From: Plasmodiophora brassicae
Taxonomy: Eukaryota
Assembly: GCA_036867785.1 (NCBI GenBank)
Contig: CP145409.1
Location: 1,302,001-1,366,000, forward strand
Reading direction: 5' to 3'
Length of the DNA: 64,000 bases
The notes under the pieces were generated by a model. It did not search any database. It saw nothing but the letters and a program-made list of their open reading frames with translations, and was not told where the DNA came from. Within the stretch, counting starts at the first letter, position 1; every line of letters starts with the position of its first letter. Shown piece after piece: positions 11,851-23,584 of the stretch. The position numbers were made by a program, and so were the translations under genes.

Positions 11851-13490
11851 ATGGAGTCATCTGACGGTGCCGACGAGTTCATGCTGGCCCGCGTACTGCT
11901 GCTCCTTTACGAACGTGTCAATTCATGTAGCGTCGTCGCGCCTCACTCAGCGCCTCGCTCGTGTATCCCGAGAATTTCAGGAGGCACTTCTGAACGTTAC
12001 TCTGCCACCTGGAACGAGCAAGCAGCCAAGTACGATCCTGGACGAACGTCGGTGTGCCCCCTTGATCAAGCGATGGACATCGCCGGTCGCCGGTAACGTG
12101 ACGACACCGAAAGTATGTTTCATCGTCCTGGTCGGTACCTACCGACGTTGCTTCCGTCATTGTCATGAGCTTGCACGCTTCGGCGATGAGGACGTCTTTA
12201 GTCTGGCCGGCGATTCCCTCTGCAGCCATATGGGCGCAGCAAGTACTACTGTCCTGCTCCTCATCTGCTACCCGATCCCACGCGGCAGAGTCTGTGCATT
12301 CCTGCCTCCCTGTCCAGCGCCTGGGTAGTGCCTGGCGCTGATCGCAACGATACGCTCTGCAACTGCCTGCAACTGCCATGGTCTCGTGCACTCCGCGTGG
12401 ATCCTTTCGCCACAGTCAATAGGGAGGTTCGAGATCGTCATCGAAGACAAGTATGCCCGCGTTCAGTACTCGCGTTCCCGCTCGCAGGGACGACCCGCCG
12501 AACCAGATGCGGCGGACGTCCCTGGCGAACATGCGGCCACGACGAGGCGCGTTGAAATCCGTCAAGCCCGCTCATCCCGTTGCCCAGTCCGGCCGATCGT
12601 CGACGACATCGACCAAGGCCCGCAACGTGTCGTTCGCGCCGGGTCCCGACCAGGTCACACATACGTGCCTGGGCATCCTGGCGCCCTGGTTGTTGCACCT
12701 GTAGACATGCCTGACTGCTGTGCTGCTGTGCCTGCAGGGTACCGCTCTGGTGATCCCCCGAACCAGGTGGTGGGGCGCGCGGCCGTCCCGAACATGCAAC
12801 CCCGACCGTCCGCATTGAAGTCTGCCAAGCGCTCGTTGCCGACATTTCACCTGCCGCGGTCGGTCGCACGCGGCTCTTCGACCAGTGCAGGCAGGAGCTG
12901 ATGTCCTAATTGCAGAGCTCAACCTGAGTCGGGCGAGGAGGCCAGACGAGCACGAATTCGGGCACGCCGCCTGGAGCAGGTCCTCAACACATTCTGGAGG
13001 CGTATTCCTGACACCATCGTGGCTGACAAAGTCGTATGTGTACAGGAGGTCCGCGCTGAGGGCGGTGAACGCGGCACCGCTGGTCGACGGGTCAAATCGG
13101 CCACCCCGAGTGGCGCGCGTTCAGGCCGCGTCACTCGTCGCCAGACGCCGTGCACCCAGGCATTGCAGGCGTCGTTGAACGGCAGGAAGCGATCGGATCC
13201 CGCGCCTCGGTCGTCTTTGCTTCGTCGTCGACTCCCACGGTTTCAGGGTGCGTCCGCGACCGTCAACCCTGGTATCAGCGCCAAAGCCCCTTGGCGAATG
13301 GTGCCACCCTTGGCGGTGAAGACGAGGAGCAGGATCCGCGTCGTTGCTTAGTGGATGGCCACTTGCGTCGGCCACATCGCCACAATCAAGCGGTGCGGGC
13401 ATTGCTCTTGTCAAGACTGTTGACCCTTTGTCATCGCTGTACCTGCGCAACTGCAACATGTACTATGCGAATGGTCCGATTCCTGAACTG
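11851..13490 (+). CDS. Possible multi-exon hypothetical protein
   Basis: Coding-like fragments (MESSDGADEFMLARVLLLLYERV; RFEIVIEDKYARVQYS; RLEQVLNTFWRRIPDTIVADKVV) with GT-AG sites. No recognisable homology and boundaries are uncertain. Confidence 0.3.
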
Positions 13491-13712
13491 ATTGTCGTCG
13501 TTGGTTAAAACACGGCTTGGAGTCGGAAGAGTTCGTGTACTGACTGGCGAAGAGCACAGGAGCCAGTGCGCAGCGCTGCGAAGGGCAACATCGCGGAGCT
13601 GCGCCATCGGTGTCGCGGCCACATCAACCGAACCTTTCGCTTCAGGCAGCTGAGGCGGCCGCCACCGACACAGCTGCGTCAGCTGCAGTGGTGACCAGGC
13701 CGGCGCCCCGGC

Positions 13713-14091
13713 ATGGCTGATGACGACAAGGAAGCCATGCATATCCAGGTACGCCGGGATGCAACGGTGTGCCATCGTTATCTGAACGGCGCCGTCGCGT
13801 TTGTTCGAACAGCTGCGGGCGTTCGAGGAGCGCCTGCGGTCGTACGAGTCGCTGCGTCGGGAAATCGACCTGGACGCTGACAACGGCCTGCGTCGCTGGA
13901 TGAACATCGGCGATCTGTTTGTCCGGATCCCGTCCACCACGATCGGCAAGATCATCGAAAACGGTACCCGCGTTTCCTGTTTGCATCGTGGACGCTGATG
14001 GGCGGACTCGTCTACAGATATGCGGGCGATCACCGCCGAAGCCCAGTCATTGCGAGAGCGGATCCACGAAACCGGCCGTGTCGAACAGTAA
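13713..14091 (+). CDS. Prefoldin beta-like / PDRG1-like small protein (3 exons)
   Basis: MADDDKEAMHIQ|LRAFEERLRSYESLRRE...RWMNIGDLFVRIP...|DMRAITAEAQSLRERI: coil-hairpin-coil pattern with a WxxxGxxFV hairpin. Confidence 0.55.
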
Positions 14092-14145
14092 ACGTGGTTG
14101 CCAAGGCAATGCCTTCTTCAGTTACGGTTCATGTTTATCCATCGA

Positions 14146-15450
14146 TTAGTAGATGGGCGCCTCGGCTCGGTCGAGGGCATCGATGCCGGGCGTCGTCTTC
14201 GACGGGTCAGCCGCGACCTGCGTTTTGTACTCCAGGTAGAGCGTAAACAGGACGTGCAGGGATTCCTTGAGGTTGTTGTAGACGGGGATGTCGAGGATGG
14301 CGCAGACGAGCTTGGCCGTGTTGACCAGGTCCAGGTTCAGGTCGGTACCGGGGTCGCCCAGCTCATTGATCAGCGCTTCGTACTCCGGCGCCCACGGTTG
14401 CATCAGTTCGTCGACGTCGGGCATGATTCTCGAGTACGACACGGTCGGCGGCGGCTTCTGCTTGTGCAGGTCCTGGATGCTCGTGATCCACGCCGTGATG
14501 TTCTTCGGGAACTTGTCGGCATTCTCAATGCTCCTCACGGTCACCGCCGTTGCTGACGTCGACTGCTTCGACAGGACCCTCAGTTGCAGGTCCAGGACGG
14601 TTGGGTCGGTTTGGTTCGCTCCTGGCTCGTCCAGTACCACAAGGCCAAGGCCGTCCGGTTTGCCATCGGGGCGCGGCACCTTGATGAAGGCGTCGATGTC
14701 GCCAACGGACGGGATGTACTCGGGGACGAACGGGGCCAGCGGCGTGTCCAGCTCCATAACCTGTGGTTTGTACCGTCCAATGTAGTCGAACAGGTCCAGG
14801 ATCTCGCTGGACACCTTCAGGTCCTTGTAGTCCGCTGGGTTGTACAACGCTGGCGGCTGCACCGATCGCGCCTGCTGCGACGTTTCATCGCCTTCATCGA
14901 CGTCGTCGTCGTCAGCGCTGTCGTCATCGTACTCGCCACCACCACCCTGCCTAACACCAACCAGGTTATTCCCATTGGTCGAATTCGTCACACGGTTGAC
15001 GCTGTTACGAGATCTAGCGACCATATCAGGAATGGACGACACGCGCTGTCAGCGGCCTCTTACCGTTTGACGAGATGATTGGCCTGGGCTTGCGCCTGAT
15101 AAGTATTTGGTTGTCAGGTCAGTCGTGCTGGCGAAGGGCAGTATATGCCCAGTGTACCTGCGGAATTGGTGGCGGCCAGGTGCCGATCCGGTGGCGTCGG
15201 TGATGGGGCCGTCCCAACGGATGCGTCGTCACTCAGTTCGACAGCCTCGTCGTGATGCTGGTTAGGAACGAGCACAGACGTCCCCTACGAGACCGGTCAG
15301 AAGCGCTTGTACCAAACGCAGAACGGTGCCTTATGCGCTCGCACATGTCGTTTCTGTGGTGACCTGGGGGAGGGATCGCCGTAGTCGAATTCGTCGTCAC
15401 CGTCTGGCGACGGGCTGCGATCCAGATCGGTTCGCGCGTCGCTGTCGGAT
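14146..15450 (-). CDS. IFT46: Intraflagellar transport protein 46 (5' exons approximate)
   Basis: YNPADYKDLKVSSEILDLFDYIGRYKPQ, LAPFVPEYIPSVGDIDAFIKVPRPDGKPD.LGL.VLDEP and ESLHVLFTLYLEYK; upstream exon contains NQHHDEAVEL. Confidence 0.92.
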
Positions 15451-15897
15451 GCCTATCGGAGCAATTAACACCAAATGCTTTGGAGGCCAGATGACAGTCC
15501 GATCTCTAACGCTCATCGCGCCGGCGCCACCTGAACGCGGACCGTCTGAAGCTGAAGGCCGCGCGTCCTGTGAGTGTGATGCAGTGACGCCCCCGACTAT
15601 CGGCCGTCCCTCTGCTTTCGTACTCAGAAACCATAGCAGACTCGTCTAGCATGTTCCGCTACAGCGCCACACCCAGGGAAGGTAGCAGGCTCGGGTCGCA
15701 TGTTTCGCAGACGGGCGAAACAACCAGAGAGATGGCTGAAGGCGCTGGCGGCGGCGCCTCCTCCTGCGGTGCTTTCCCGTTCGCTGTGTGTGGCGACTTT
15801 ATTTTTAGGTCGCGGCGGGTTGCTAAAAAATGGCTGACCGGCCGACGACAGCAAAACGACGTAGCGGTCGGGGCGTCATTTGGGATTGGGACCGCCG

Positions 15898-17148
15898 ATG
15901 GGGAAGGGCGAACAGGAGAAGGCTCTCTGCCGGGCCATCACCTGCCATGCGTGGAACGCCGACCGCACGCAGGTCGCCGTCTGCCCGAACAACAATGAGG
16001 TTCACATATTCGCCGTCAGCGGCACGGACGCCGGCAACTGGACGGCGCTGCACGTGCTGAAAGAGGTCCGTCTAGCGTCGTCACGGTATCGTCGTCCCCC
16101 GGTGGCTGAATGGTGTGTACAGCATGATTCGTTGGTGTCGGGAATCGATTGGTGCCCCCGTACGAATATGATCGTGACGTGCGGGCACGACCGGAACGCG
16201 TATGTCTGGAAACTGGTGGACAATGTCTGGTGCCCGACACTTGTCATTCTGCGCATCAACCGGGCGGCGACCTCTGTGAAATGGTCGCCGTCCGGCGCGA
16301 AATTCGCAGTGACGAGCGGCGCCAAAGCCGTCCCAGTTTGCCATTACGAGCAGGGCAACGACTGGTGGGTCAGCAAGACCATCAAGAAGCACAAGTCGAC
16401 CGTGCTGACGCTGGACTGGAACCGAAACAACAAGTTCGTCGTCACCGGCTGTGCCGACTTCAAGTGCCGCATCTTCTCTGCGTTCATTGACGACGTTGAC
16501 GTCGACGAGGACCATGACGCGTGGGCGGACATCTTCCCGAACCAGAACCGGTTTGGCGCCCAACTCGCCGAGTTCGACGCCGCCAACGGCTGGGTCGAGG
16601 CTGTATCGTGGTCGCCAAGCGGCTATCGTCTTGCATTCGCCTCGCATGACTCGTCGGTGCACATTGTCCAGATCCTCGCTGGCGAACCACCAACCTGCCA
16701 GACCATCTCCACCGCATTCCTCCCGTTCTCTGCTGTTGTATTCCTGTCCGAGGACGCTGTCGTGTTCGCCGGGTACGATGCCAACCCGGTCCTGTTCATC
16801 AACAAAGGAACGGAAGCAGAGCCCTCATTCGAAGCGCATGGTGTCCTGGACAAGATGCTGGCGACGCCGGGATCGAAGCCCAAGGCGGTGTCAAGCTTCT
16901 CGAACGCGCGTAACCTGTTCGACGCGTCATCGCGAATGGGTGTCAACTTTGGCACTGAATCGACGGACACTGACGGGACGCTGAAGACGCGGCACCAGAA
17001 CGCCATCAACGGCCTCGTTCCGTTCTGGGCGGACGAGACGCGCTACCATGCCATCGAGTTTAGCACGTGCGGCATCGATGGACGGGTCCTCCTCTGGAAC
17101 ATGTCCAAGATCGATGGCGTCAATCTCGCCGATATCGGCCTGGCGTAA
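15898..17148 (+). CDS. ARPC1: Arp2/3 complex subunit 1 (p41-Arc)
   Basis: ITCHAWNADRTQVAVCPNNNEVHIF, DRNAYVW, LVILRINRAATSVKWSP, NDWWVSKTIKK and HQNAI; in-frame intron at about 16066-16122. Confidence 0.96.
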   Translation: MGKGEQEKALCRAITCHAWNADRTQVAVCPNNNEVHIFAVSGTDAGNWTALHVLKEVRLASSRYRRPPVAEWCVQHDSLVSGIDWCPRTNMIVTCGHDRNAYVWKLVDNVWCPTLVILRINRAATSVKWSPSGAKFAVTSGAKAVPVCHYEQGNDWWVSKTIKKHKSTVLTLDWNRNNKFVVTGCADFKCRIFSAFIDDVDVDEDHDAWADIFPNQNRFGAQLAEFDAANGWVEAVSWSPSGYRLAFASHDSSVHIVQILAGEPPTCQTISTAFLPFSAVVFLSEDAVVFAGYDANPVLFINKGTEAEPSFEAHGVLDKMLATPGSKPKAVSSFSNARNLFDASSRMGVNFGTESTDTDGTLKTRHQNAINGLVPFWADETRYHAIEFSTCGIDGRVLLWNMSKIDGVNLADIGLA

Positions 17149-18629
17149 CAGCCAGTCCTCTGCCCAATGATATATCCAACAGTTGTATACGCTGCGAACC
17201 CCATCGTGATTCATCGTGGGATCGGTACACCCATTCGCATAAACGACCTGTCGTGCTTCACGTAGCCCAAGGCGCAGCGAAGTGCAGTCGCATGCGACTA
17301 TGGCGCGAAGGCGAAACCATGGTGAGGGACGGAGCCGTAAGCAACTCGTTGACAGGGGACAAACAGGTTCTATGGAAGGGATCCAGAAGCGGACTTGGAG
17401 AGACAAGCACAGGCCGACTTGAAGGGAGATCAGAAGCGGCCTCCTCGATCGGGAACTCCTACTCGAAGAACAACCGGGGCCTCAGCGCCGCTGCTCCCAT
17501 GCGAGTATCGTGGAGGCGGATCATACCCGTTTGGACGACGTTGCTCTTCCGGTGGTACCTGGACACGACCGACCGCATTAAATGCAGCTTCCGTTAACTT
17601 GTCCATTGTACCTGGACGTGTCAGGGTACGGTATACCTACTGGAAACACCATGAGGCTTGGAAACCAGTGAATGCCCTGCACAATCATCGCTGAGCGCAA
17701 ACCCGGCGGTCACGATATACGCGTTGTCTGGACGTGTTAGTACACGAGGTCCTGCGGGTTCAACGTTCACGACAAATCTGAACATCCTGAACAAATGGAG
17801 TCTCCGCGATATACGATTGACCCGGTGGCCAGGCTCGTTAGGGCGGGGACCAGGACCATCGATGTGGGGACGCTGGGATGCTGAGGACGATGATGATGAT
17901 GGCGGCGACGAGCCTGCGGTTGGTGGTGGTGGTGCACGCCTCCCAACAAGAACATGGCACCAGTGCCCCTGGGTCGATCCGGACGGCAGATGGAGGCATC
18001 CTGAAGGACGCGGTCGGAAACCGGACTCTGGGAACGCCGGAACATGGCGCCAGTTGGCACAGGACCTGGATCCACAGCCAGCTGGACAACGACGACCAGG
18101 ACATGCCGACGTGTTCGCAGGAATTGGGTGCTGCGATCCGATCACTGCGTTTCGAGGCGGTATAGACGATGATATCTCTGTAGGTGGACGCGCGCACGGA
18201 ATCCGTCCCCATGCTTGGCTGCATCGCCTTCCAGGAGTCGTACCACCCACCCAGCCACCCTACAAATGGCCAGCAACAGGCAACCATGCAACAGGGCAAG
18301 TTTGCCGACGACGTCGACCGGTGACGTCGCCTGTTGGTTCTCGGCAACACTGATAACCCAGACTTGTAGAGCTGTCAGCGATACGGGGATTACGGCCAAT
18401 GTCCAGTCGTCGATAGATCCGGCCAAATATTTGCCATCAACACACTACCCCTAGATAGCGAACAAACGGAGCGCTTCGGCTCACCCGGAGAGCCGATGAA
18501 GATAGGGCGCAGGTCGGAAATCCCCCGACGGTCCCTCCGGTTACGTGATTCAAACTCAGACCACTGCCCGGACAATCGACTTCGTCTTGTATAGCGTGAT
18601 TCGAACTGCCGCAATGACGGCTAACCGAC

Positions 18630-18750
18630 GGTTACGTTCATACAACACCGAATGTGCCGTATCTCATTCCGAATTGCGAAGCCAAATGGTGTTTGGCCTG
18701 TCCAGTACTCGGGAGGGGGACCACCGGGGAACCGCATGGTGATGTAACCA
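18630..18750 (+). rRNA. 5S rRNA: 5S rRNA (copy 2)
   Basis: Appears identical to copy 1; followed by CTTTTT. Confidence 0.9.
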
Positions 18751-18751
18751 C

Positions 18752-18756
18752 TTTTT
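18752..18756 (+). terminator. Pol III T5 terminator of 5S rRNA
   Basis: TTTTT just after the 5S 3' end. Confidence 0.8.
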
Positions 18757-19646
18757 GTCCTTTCAGACACACATCACGTAATCGTTGTGATGCGCTCTGG
18801 AGCTCAGTACTGACAGTCTGTTACCCTGCGTGGGCGCCATTACCCTGCGTGGGCGCCACGAACTCGCCAGGCAGCCGTCGACCATGCCCTGACAAGCACG
18901 CGTGTATTGCTGCGACTATCACGCTGGGGTTGCTGCAGTCGTTGCTTCTTGGGAAGACAGTTCGGCGGGGTCAGATACAACATCAGGGTTACATTGTCAT
19001 CCATTCCCACGAAATGGGCCGTGCATCGTTAGGGAGCACCCGTGAGGTGGAAGTCCTGATAGCCGACGCAGGCGACCAACGACAGCCGGGCATGATTGTT
19101 GACAGGTATGTCTTCGTGCTCGTCACGAGCTTGGTATTATCGCCAGATGCGTCCGGTGTCGAAGGACAGAAGCCTTGAAGAGCACTTCGTCGCCGTCCGC
19201 TTCGCAAACGTCGTCATCAGACTGCACGCGACGATTCCGACGACTGAACAATTCCGATCTGGATACCAGCTGTCGACATCAAAGGCATCTGACAGACGTG
19301 CGAACCCGTTGTCCGCCTTCAACAGCAGCATGAAGTGCTTTGCTTCGGTTTGGGTCTACACTCTACAGCCGCATCCACGGTTTGCCTACGCCGGACACCA
19401 CCTCTTGGGCTGGTGATGCGCGCATCAGATGTCGTTGTCCTATTCTTGGAAACGCGCGCGGCACGATGAGCTAAATCTGTGCATGAAGCAATGCCGACCT
19501 AAATCGGGACACAACGCAGAGGGTGGAGCGACTCGACCGGCCGAGGTTTACCCGTCCCCTCAGGGCAGCACGATCTGCATTCCGCAAACGCACCGCCAGC
19601 CTTCGCAGCCAAGTTCGTCAAAGCCGACCCCTCTCCCATCATCAAC

Positions 19647-20773
19647 ATGTCCGACGAAGTCCAGGCCCTGGTGGTCGACAATGGCTCCGGCATGGTCAAG
19701 GCCGGGTTCGCGGGCGACGACGCCCCGCGTGCCGTGTTCCCGTCGATCGTGGGTCGCCCGCGCCACGTCGGCATCATGGTGGGTGCCACGCAGAAGGACG
19801 CGTACGTCGGCGATGAGGCGCAGGCCAAGCGCGGCATCCTGACGCTCAAGTACCCGATCGAGCACGGCATCGTGACGAACTGGGACGACATGGAGAAGAT
19901 CTGGCACCACACGTTCTACAACGAGCTGCGCGTGGCCCCCGAGGAGCACCCGGTCATGCTGACGGAGGCGCCGCTGAACCCGAAGGCCAACCGCGAGAAG
20001 ATGACGCAGATCATGTTCGAGACGTTCAACACGCCGGCCATGTACGTCGCCATCCAGGCCGTCCTGTCGCTGTACGCGTCCGGCCGCACGACGGGTATCG
20101 TCCTGGACGCGGGCGACGGCGTGTCGCACACGGTCCCCATCTACGAAGGGTACGCCCTGCCGCACGCCATCCAGCGCCTGGACATTGCCGGCCGGGACAT
20201 CACCGACTACCTGATGAAGATCCTGACCGAGCGCGGGTACGCGTTCACGACAACGGCCGAGCGGGAGATCGTCCGCGACATCAAGGAGAAGCTGGCGTAC
20301 GTGGCGCAGGACTTCGACACCGAGATGTCCAACTCGGAGCAGTCGTCCGAGGTCGAGCGCGCCTACGAGCTGCCCGACGGCCAGGTCATCACGGTCGGCA
20401 ACGAGCGGTTCCGCGCCCCGGAGGTCCTCTTCCAGCCGTCCATGATCGGCAACGAGTCCGAGGGCATCCACCAGCTGGCGTACCAGTCGATCATGAAGTG
20501 CGACGTCGACATCCGCAAGGACCTGTCGAGAACATCGTCATGTCCGGCGGCAGCACCATGTACGACGGCCTGGCGACGCGCCTGCAGAAGGAGGTGGCCG
20601 CCCTGGCGCCGTCGTCGATGCGCGTCAAGGTCGTGGCCCCGCCCGAGCGCAAGTACTCGGTCTGGATCGGCGGGTCGATCCTGTCGTCGCTGTCGACCTT
20701 CCAGCAGATGTGGGTCTCCAAGGAGGAGTACGACGAGGCCGGCCCGTCCATCGTCCACCGCAAGTGCTTCTAA
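19647..20773 (+). pseudogene. ACT: Actin copy 2 with 1-nt deletion (pseudogene or sequencing error)
   Basis: gacctgtcgag here versus gacctgtacgag in copy 1 (A missing after 20526). The remaining actin sequence continues in another frame to HRKCF*. Confidence 0.85.
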
Positions 20774-20867
20774 ACGTATGCTGCCTGTAGACAACCAATA
20801 CATTCATCCATTCAGCCCGCCAGGGGTCACTCCGAAAGGGCCTTTAGTTGTACAATGGGATGATGGC

Positions 20868-22289
20868 CTAACGATTCCAGTACGTTCGTCGGCGAATGAC
20901 GTCGTAGTCGGGAAGCTCGTTGATGGCACCCAGGGCGCTGACGACCAGGTCGGCGTCCTCCAGGTACTTCTTCGCACAGGCACGAACCGCCTCCGTGTCG
21001 ATGTTATCGATGCGCGCGACGATCTCAGCCGGGTGAATACGCCGCCCGTGGCACAGCATCTGCCTGCCGACCTCGTCCGCCAGCGTCGTCGTCCCGTCCA
21101 ACGCCGTTAGCGTCGCGGCCTTCAGCATGTGCCTGGCCATCAGCACCTTCTCGTCCGTCAAGTCGTAGCACGTCTTGCAGATCCCGTTCATAATCTGGTA
21201 GACCGCCTCGTTCAAGTCGCACGGCCTCGCCTCGACGTACAGGCCGAACAGGCCCGTATCGTTGTACAGCGACACGAACGGGCTCAGCTTGTCGACACAG
21301 TCCGACTTGATGACACTCTCGACCAGGTTAGAGTGCGAGTAATTACCGGCTGCCGCCGTCTGCGACGCCAACCCCCGATCGAACTTGCCGAGCAATGTCT
21401 GAAGGTACAGCAGCGGGATCGCGTCCGCTGAGTTCACGCCTTCCGTCTTGAACGCCAACGCCCAATGTGCTCTGCCGAGTTCGTCGTTCCTGACGCGCGT
21501 ATCGCCCGGCGTGAATTGCGCGGGAGCGAGCGGGAGCGGGTCGGCGGGCGGCGGGTTCAGGTCCCCAAAGTGCTTATCGGTGAGCTCGACAAGCTGGTCG
21601 TGGTCAACGGCACCCGTCCCGACCACCAGGAACCGATCCGTCGTGTAGTGCCGGTCGATGTATGCCAGCAGCATGTCGCGGTTGATGTTCCTGGCGATCT
21701 GCTCGGCGGATCCGAGGATGGTGTGCCCCAGGGACTGGCCCGGGTACGCGGACTCGTGCAGACGGTCGAAGACGACTTCCTCGGGGATCGACTCAATCTC
21801 CTGCAATTCGCGAAGGATCACATCGCGCTCGACGTCGATCGCTCTCGGGTCCAGGCGCGAGTACTGCAGGATGTCGGAGAGGATGTCCATCGACTGAGGG
21901 ATATGGTCCTGGAAAACGGATGCGAAGAACACAGTGTGCTCCCGCGACGTGTACGCGTTCAGGTGCGCGCCGATGTTCTCCACTTCCTTCTCGAGGCCGA
22001 CGCGCGTCCGTTGCCGGGTGCCCTTGAACTTCAGGTGCTCCAGGAAATGGGCGGCGCCGTTGTTCTCGGCGGTTTCGTACCTGGATCCGGCGTTGATCCA
22101 GACCTGGATCGTGGCCGTGCGCCCCGGCAGGGTTTCGGTCGCGACGCGCACGCCGTTCGATGCCGTCGACACGCGGCACTCCGGGTACGACGTGAACATC
22201 GTGTACGGCGAGTTCGACCGCCATGACGACTGAAGCGGCGACACGTCGACCTTGAATCGGCGTACGCCACGCCGCAGCATGCTCGTCAT
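20868..22289 (-). CDS. MPPB: Mitochondrial processing peptidase beta subunit
   Basis: Arg-rich presequence, [21 protein letters not shown] (HxxEH), LNAYTSRE, and C-terminal [12 protein letters not shown]. Confidence 0.95.
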   Translation of the reverse strand: MTSMLRRGVRRFKVDVSPLQSSWRSNSPYTMFTSYPECRVSTASNGVRVATETLPGRTATIQVWINAGSRYETAENNGAAHFLEHLKFKGTRQRTRVGLEKEVENIGAHLNAYTSREHTVFFASVFQDHIPQSMDILSDILQYSRLDPRAIDVERDVILRELQEIESIPEEVVFDRLHESAYPGQSLGHTILGSAEQIARNINRDMLLAYIDRHYTTDRFLVVGTGAVDHDQLVELTDKHFGDLNPPPADPLPLAPAQFTPGDTRVRNDELGRAHWALAFKTEGVNSADAIPLLYLQTLLGKFDRGLASQTAAAGNYSHSNLVESVIKSDCVDKLSPFVSLYNDTGLFGLYVEARPCDLNEAVYQIMNGICKTCYDLTDEKVLMARHMLKAATLTALDGTTTLADEVGRQMLCHGRRIHPAEIVARIDNIDTEAVRACAKKYLEDADLVVSALGAINELPDYDVIRRRTYWNR

Positions 22290-22688
22290 GATGCCCGGGC
22301 GCCGCAGAAGTCGGTACTGCGGCTGCTGCAGCTTCCCGGACTGCGTATGGCCGTCGCCGTCGCGGTCTGGATTCGCTCCTGCCGATGGGGACGGGCCGCC
22401 CGATACGGCTATCGCAGTTCGTCAGGCTTCCTCTTCAGATGGTGTTGTAATGCGCCGTCGCCGTGTTGCTTGTGATTCGAGGGGCGGTGACGATGTCCAC
22501 AATGCAGCAGCCAGCACGCGACCTGGTCAGTAGAATGGAACGCGATCGGAAGGGTCCGGTTGGCCTGTACCCCCATAACGACAGGTGGCGTGCAATGGGC
22601 AGTATGTGTTCTCGAACACAGAATGTATTAGTACAAGATTCAATCGCGATCGAAGTGCACACGACAGCGTAGGTAGGTAGTGGCTGTG

Positions 22689-23584
22689 ATGGTCGGGCGA
22701 GTTGCCATCATCGCCCTTCTCGTCGTCGCCCAATGCTCCGGGGCCTTGCTCGAAGGCAGGTCGCTGGTTGACGTCGTCGAACTTCTGTCGCATCCGATCA
22801 TGGATGACTATGGCAATGAGTTCCCCGCCTACTGGATGTCGTTCGACTGCACATCTCTAGGTGGCGCAGACTGCACCCTGTCGAAGAAGTCACCCGGCGA
22901 CCGTAACCGGACTCCAGAAACCGCCAAAGCGTTCTCCATGGTTGTCGAAGCCATTCGAGCCACGGTACTGGCATTACAACGCGGACGAATTCAGGTCGCT
23001 CACATTAGTACTCCACCCAGGTTGGCTCATTGTTGTCTGATCCGTCGGTGAACAACGATGCCCTAGAAGTGGTGCTTCGAGCGCTGCTAGGTCCAGACAG
23101 TATCGACGAGTTCGGATTGCACGTAGAGGATGGCAAGGGCGAGGCGGAAACGAATATTCCAAATCAGATCGCGGACGCCAACGACAGTATGGTAGGGGAT
23201 GCGGCTCCCGCCCCTATCCCGTTGTACGTCATTGGCAAATCGTTCACAGCGCATACGTTCTCCGTCCATTTCAACATGCTTAAGGCGGAACCGTACGATG
23301 TAATCGACGACGGCATAGAAGACGAGTCTGGTGGGGCCCTTCAACCATCACGGCAGGGCGACGAGCTGCCAACCGCAATGTTCTCGAAGCAGCTGGTTGT
23401 GCACATGGCGGTGCCCGTAAGAGCATCCGACTCCGAACTAGAGGTCATTCCAGTCGATGTGCTCATCCGGTGCAACGTGTTCGAAAAGCGACTATTCTAC
23501 CAGTTCCGATGCCTCGTGCAGTTCTGCCCGAAACAGAGCGCCGGCCACGACGCTCATGTCGACGGAGACCACTTCAAGCATTGA
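22689..23584 (+). CDS. Putative secreted hypothetical protein (~280 aa, 2 exons)
   Basis: Signal-peptide-like MVGRVAIIALLVVAQCSGA; in-frame intron 22965-23020 joins two ORFs. Confidence 0.65.

Larger units (their letters stand above)
18630..20816 (+). repeat. Right arm of 2.19-kb inverted repeat
   Basis: 2187 nt versus 2188 nt for the left arm, consistent with a 1-nt deletion. Confidence 0.95.

Noticed and set aside
11139-11882. ORFs spanning the 5S gene and spacer (also 18654-19178)
   Set aside because: They overlap the 5S rRNA, use non-ATG or non-shared starts and show no protein features.
15285-15329. Possible GC-AG intron in IFT46
   Set aside because: An in-phase GT donor (gtgcga) lies 15 nt upstream, so a non-canonical site is unnecessary.
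18540-18570. aactcagaccact resembling RNase P RNA CR-V
   Set aside because: No matching upstream CR-I (GGAAnnTCTGAG) was found to form helix P4.
9500-20816. Inverted repeats as terminal inverted repeats of a DNA transposon
   Set aside because: The arms consist of 5S rRNA and actin; no transposase or target-site duplication is visible.
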